From the NCBI RefSeq assembly GCF_030144855.1, contig NC_082731.1, positions 20,708,001-20,772,000 of the forward strand: 64,000 nt of DNA, in the 5' to 3' direction. Position 1 is the first letter of the stretch, and each line of letters starts with the position of its first letter. Source of the stretch: Hypanus sabinus. Lineage: Eukaryota. This document shows positions 60,503 to 64,000 of this stretch, piece after piece. Position numbers and translations under genes: made by a program. The notes below the pieces were generated by a model that did not search any database, was not told the DNA's origin, and saw nothing but the letters and a program-made list of their open reading frames with translations.

Positions 60503-61595
60503 CTTTTTGCTGGGAAACTCGAAAGGCGCACCCAGAAATAAACCATGGTCACGTGGCCTACTAAAGGGTGCTGCAATCAGCAGCACAATGCGGAGATAAT
60601 GTTACTGTTTCTTCTAACAACGCGCACACAGGCTGGAACTTTACAAAGCATTTCCGGGATACCGCAATGTGCATTCACCCACCATTTTTTACTACAACGG
60701 CATATCACGCTAGACAACCTTGCGAAGTTGTCTTTTGCACTTTGTTCGAACTCTGCATCGAGTAATAATGAGTTGGAGTGGAACCGCGATATGCTTCAAT
60801 GGCACAATATCATACAAAAAAAAAAAAACAGTGCCTAGGCAAATTGGTAGTTTTCGGTTTGACAACGAATAGCAAGTGCCATGCTACTGATATTAACGAT
60901 GTTGGAAAATTTACTTATGATTTATACTGTTTATTTTCATAATGCGAGAGCACCTGCGGATTTTTTCTGCTCAAATAAAATATATGTTTTGTGTACTTAC
61001 ACAGGATCGCATACTACTCCCAGATTCATATCCTTGAATACACTTTCAGTAAATAAAGAGAGCGTGATAGACTGATAGCCCCACGTGTAGCATTTTGCTG
61101 CATATCTAAATATGGAAACTAAATATGTTTATATGTTACGCACGATTGCATTGATTCCCTTTTTACAAATGGATTCACTATATAGCTTATCGAAGCTGCA
61201 CATAGTAAAACAATAAAAATGCAAAATTAAAGTGTAACAACTGTATAAATATGCAACACAGGCAGGAAATACAGAACAGGGTTATAACAAAGTGATTAGG
61301 ATTAAGATTAAGTTTCATCCTACTATTCAATGCTCTTATCATGGGGCAGAATGTATTCTTGTGCATATTGGAGCATGCTTTTAGAATTTTATGTCTTCCC
61401 ACTGTTGCAAGAGACAAACAAATGGAACACAAACTCATAGCAGGTGTATTTCGACCTTTTGAAACTCAATATAAGTTCACTGTATCGAATAACTCCATTG
61501 CCAGATTGTCTCATTTGAAGTGCCGGAACAGACTCGATAGGCCAAATAGCCTAATTCTGTTCCAATATCTTACGATGTATGGTCAACTGAATTAG

Positions 61596-62258
61596 GCAGT
61601 GAAGCAAGCTAATAGCATGCTGGCTTTTATAACAAGAGGAATTGAGTATAGAAGTAAAGAGGCCCTTCTGCAGCTGTACAGGGCCCTGGTGAGACCCCAC
61701 CTGGAGTATTGTGTGCAGTTGTTTTCTCCAAATTTGAGGAAGGACATTCTTGCTATTGAGGGAGTGCAGCATAGGTTCACAAGGTTAATTCCCGGAATGG
61801 CGGGACTGTCATATGTTGAAAGATTGGAGCGACTGGGCTTGTATACACTGGAATTTAGAAGGATGAGAGGGGATCTGACTGAGGCATATAAGATTATTAA
61901 GGGATTGGACACACTGGAGGCAGGAAGCATGCTCCCGCTGATGGGTGAATCCAGAACTAGAGGCCACAGTTTAAGAATAAGGGGTAGGCCATTTAGAACA
62001 GAGATGCGGAAAAACTTTTTCACCCAGAGCGTGGTGGATATGTGGAATGCTCTGCCCCAGAAGGCAGTGGAGGCCAAGTCTCTGGATGCATTCAAGAGCT
62101 AGTTTGATAGAGCTCTTATAGATAGCGGGGTCAAGGGATATGGGGAGAGGGCAGGAACGGGGTACTAATTGCGTATGATAAGCCATGATCACAGTGAATG
62201 GCGGTGCTGGCTAGAAGAGCCGAATGGCCTACTCTTGCACCTACTGTCTATTGTCTGT
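61596..62258 (+). mobile_element. CR1-type LINE 3' end, little decayed
   Basis: Open ORF 61599-62102 (LYRALVRPHLEYCVQ..RRMRGDL..WNALP) followed by a CR1-like 3' UTR (GGCCGAATGGCCTACTC). Confidence 0.9.
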
Positions 62259-63799
62259 TATCTGTCTAATTTTTCCATGTTCCTCTGAACATGTGGTCTC
62301 AGTGATACTTCGATGACGCACAAGAGCTACCCAGAGCGTCTTTTGCAAGCAGTGGAAAACATGGTTTCGCGCGAAGCGTGGAAACTGGGCACATACGTGC
62401 TGATCGCCTCGAATGTCGGAATCCAACAGGATCCCTGGTGATATGACACCAGATATCGCCAGTTTGTCACGATAGGCACTCTGCAGTGACAACCACCGCC
62501 ACGTTCCAGTTCAAAACATATTCTATGAACTAATGAAGGAGGACCTGATCTACTCCTTCACTTTGCAGACCTCACGGTCACACCAAATTGGTTTATATTT
62601 ATTTTCTTTTGTTTTCGTGTGTACGGCGAAAAGTTTGTGCAGCATGTTTCAATGGTTCCATTTAATTTCACAGAATTTATACAGTATAAAACCTGAAATT
62701 CATACTCTCCACAACCATCCCCGAAACAGATCAAAAACTTAAAGCATGAATATCAGAAAAAAACGTACGAACCCGAACGCAGCCTGCCACCTCCGTCGCA
62801 GTATCAACAGCAAGCAGAATTCTCATTACCCGTTCCTCCTCTCACTTATTCCAGCATAAAGCATTCGCATTTCCACCAACTACCCTGAAAGCAACCGCAA
62901 AGCCACCAAGAGAGGCTTGGTCTGCAGTCCATCAAAAACCTGCTGTTCACCCCAACAGTTCGCCATCTGCAGCCACTCCCTCTCTCACACTAAGAAGGGA
63001 GTGACTGGTACAATTTCTATTGCGTTTCGTTGTCAGCAAAAAGGACCAAAGCTGAAGAAACAGCTCCTGATTACAACGCGAAACCAAACTGCAACGTTAC
63101 AACACATTTCCTGGATACCACAATGTCTATTCACCTAGCAAATGAAGAGAGAGTTCTCAAAATTTGGTGATTAGTTTGCTTGCAATTATACAATTGAAGA
63201 AGTGTCTGAAGTGTCTGCAGACACATCTGTCTACTGATGTGCGATCGGTAGAAATGTAACTTGGATGAATGTAAAGCTAGGAAGTAGGCGTCCATTGCTG
63301 ATTTTTTTTTTGGCAGCAGTGGGTTGGATTTCTGTAGATGGCTGGAATTAATATGTGCATTTATCAGCCTCTGGAAATACGTCGTAATGCTATATTCAGA
63401 GATTCAGAGTCACAGGCTGGTGATTAATTAGTCACGTTACGTTTTTTTTTGAGCTGAGAAGGTAACACTGATCTCCTAAGCCAAGTAGAAGCCTCATATT
63501 GAAAAGGAACAAGGTATTTTTTTTTCTGCAAGTAGACCCGCGAACTGACTTGTACTGTATCGAACCACGGTACTTACAAAACCAAACAGTCCCGGTATTT
63601 TCCGCGGTTTTACTCTCCTGATAATAGACCCTACGTCCACGACACTAACTGTGGATTCAGGTGCCTTGGAATATCTTCGTCGGTATGTAACCTAAGTGTC
63701 CCCTTCTGTTGAAAACATATATAGAATGCGCTATGATATTTTGAAAGACTGTGCTCTTAAACGTTCATTACTACGATTGCATTTTAAGCTAGAGATGTG

Positions 63800-64000
63800 A
63801 GTGGCTCAGGGTAGGAGTGGAGCTTTGAGACTTAGGCTCAGAGGCTTCAGCGAGCAAAGGCTGAGGAGGAGCTATCTCCAAGTGAGGTAAGGTCGGGTAA
63901 GTTACTTTAATTAATTAAATTTACTTAGGAAAAGTTAATTCAGGCAGCATTTAGGGCAGTCGACTGCACAGTATGCAGGATTGAGGAAGTCAGGGACAGC
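63800..64000 (+). mobile_element. Probable 5' end of a CR1-type LINE
   Basis: GC-rich 5' UTR-like sequence with GTGAGGTAAGG, then RAVDCTVCRIEEVRD, resembling the CxxC start of CR1 ORF1 as I recall it. Confidence 0.45.

Noticed and set aside
1-64000. CRISPR arrays, tRNA or rRNA genes, D/J/C segments, host non-immune genes
   Set aside because: None recognised by eye. The dispersed repeats are kilobase-scale segmental duplications, not repeat-spacer arrays.

Overview
Vertebrate genomic DNA, most likely from a cartilaginous fish (an inference from the V-gene style and repeat families), with five N-gaps. The window is part of a T-cell receptor alpha/delta-type V-segment array on the + strand; I found no D, J or C segments. 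Three V segments are intact, each with a leader exon, an 85-nt GT-AG intron, a V exon and a 23-bp-spacer RSS (30375-30806, 44333-44761, 59994-60425). A fourth has an intact 3' end and RSS, but its 5' part lies in a gap (35720-35767). About 30 pseudogenes and relics of related V families (my labels A-H) form a block repeated about six times, roughly D-C-E-A-F-B, in which only the A member is ever alive. Transposon debris is interleaved: two copies of one chromodomain Ty3/Gypsy element, solo LTRs, a Tc1, and CR1, RTE, Rex1-like and Penelope-like fragments. The strongest lead is a same-orientation CTCF-like motif, TCACT(A/G)GAGGGCGC, 11-25 bp downstream of the RSS of live and dead V segments (about 16 copies), which echoes the RSS-proximal CTCF elements of mouse proximal VH genes. 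Other leads are a conserved third cysteine across the V clan, hammerhead-ribozyme relics in the Penelope-like fragments, and shared insertions that reveal the duplication history. All coordinates were read by eye, and boundaries of decayed elements are approximate.
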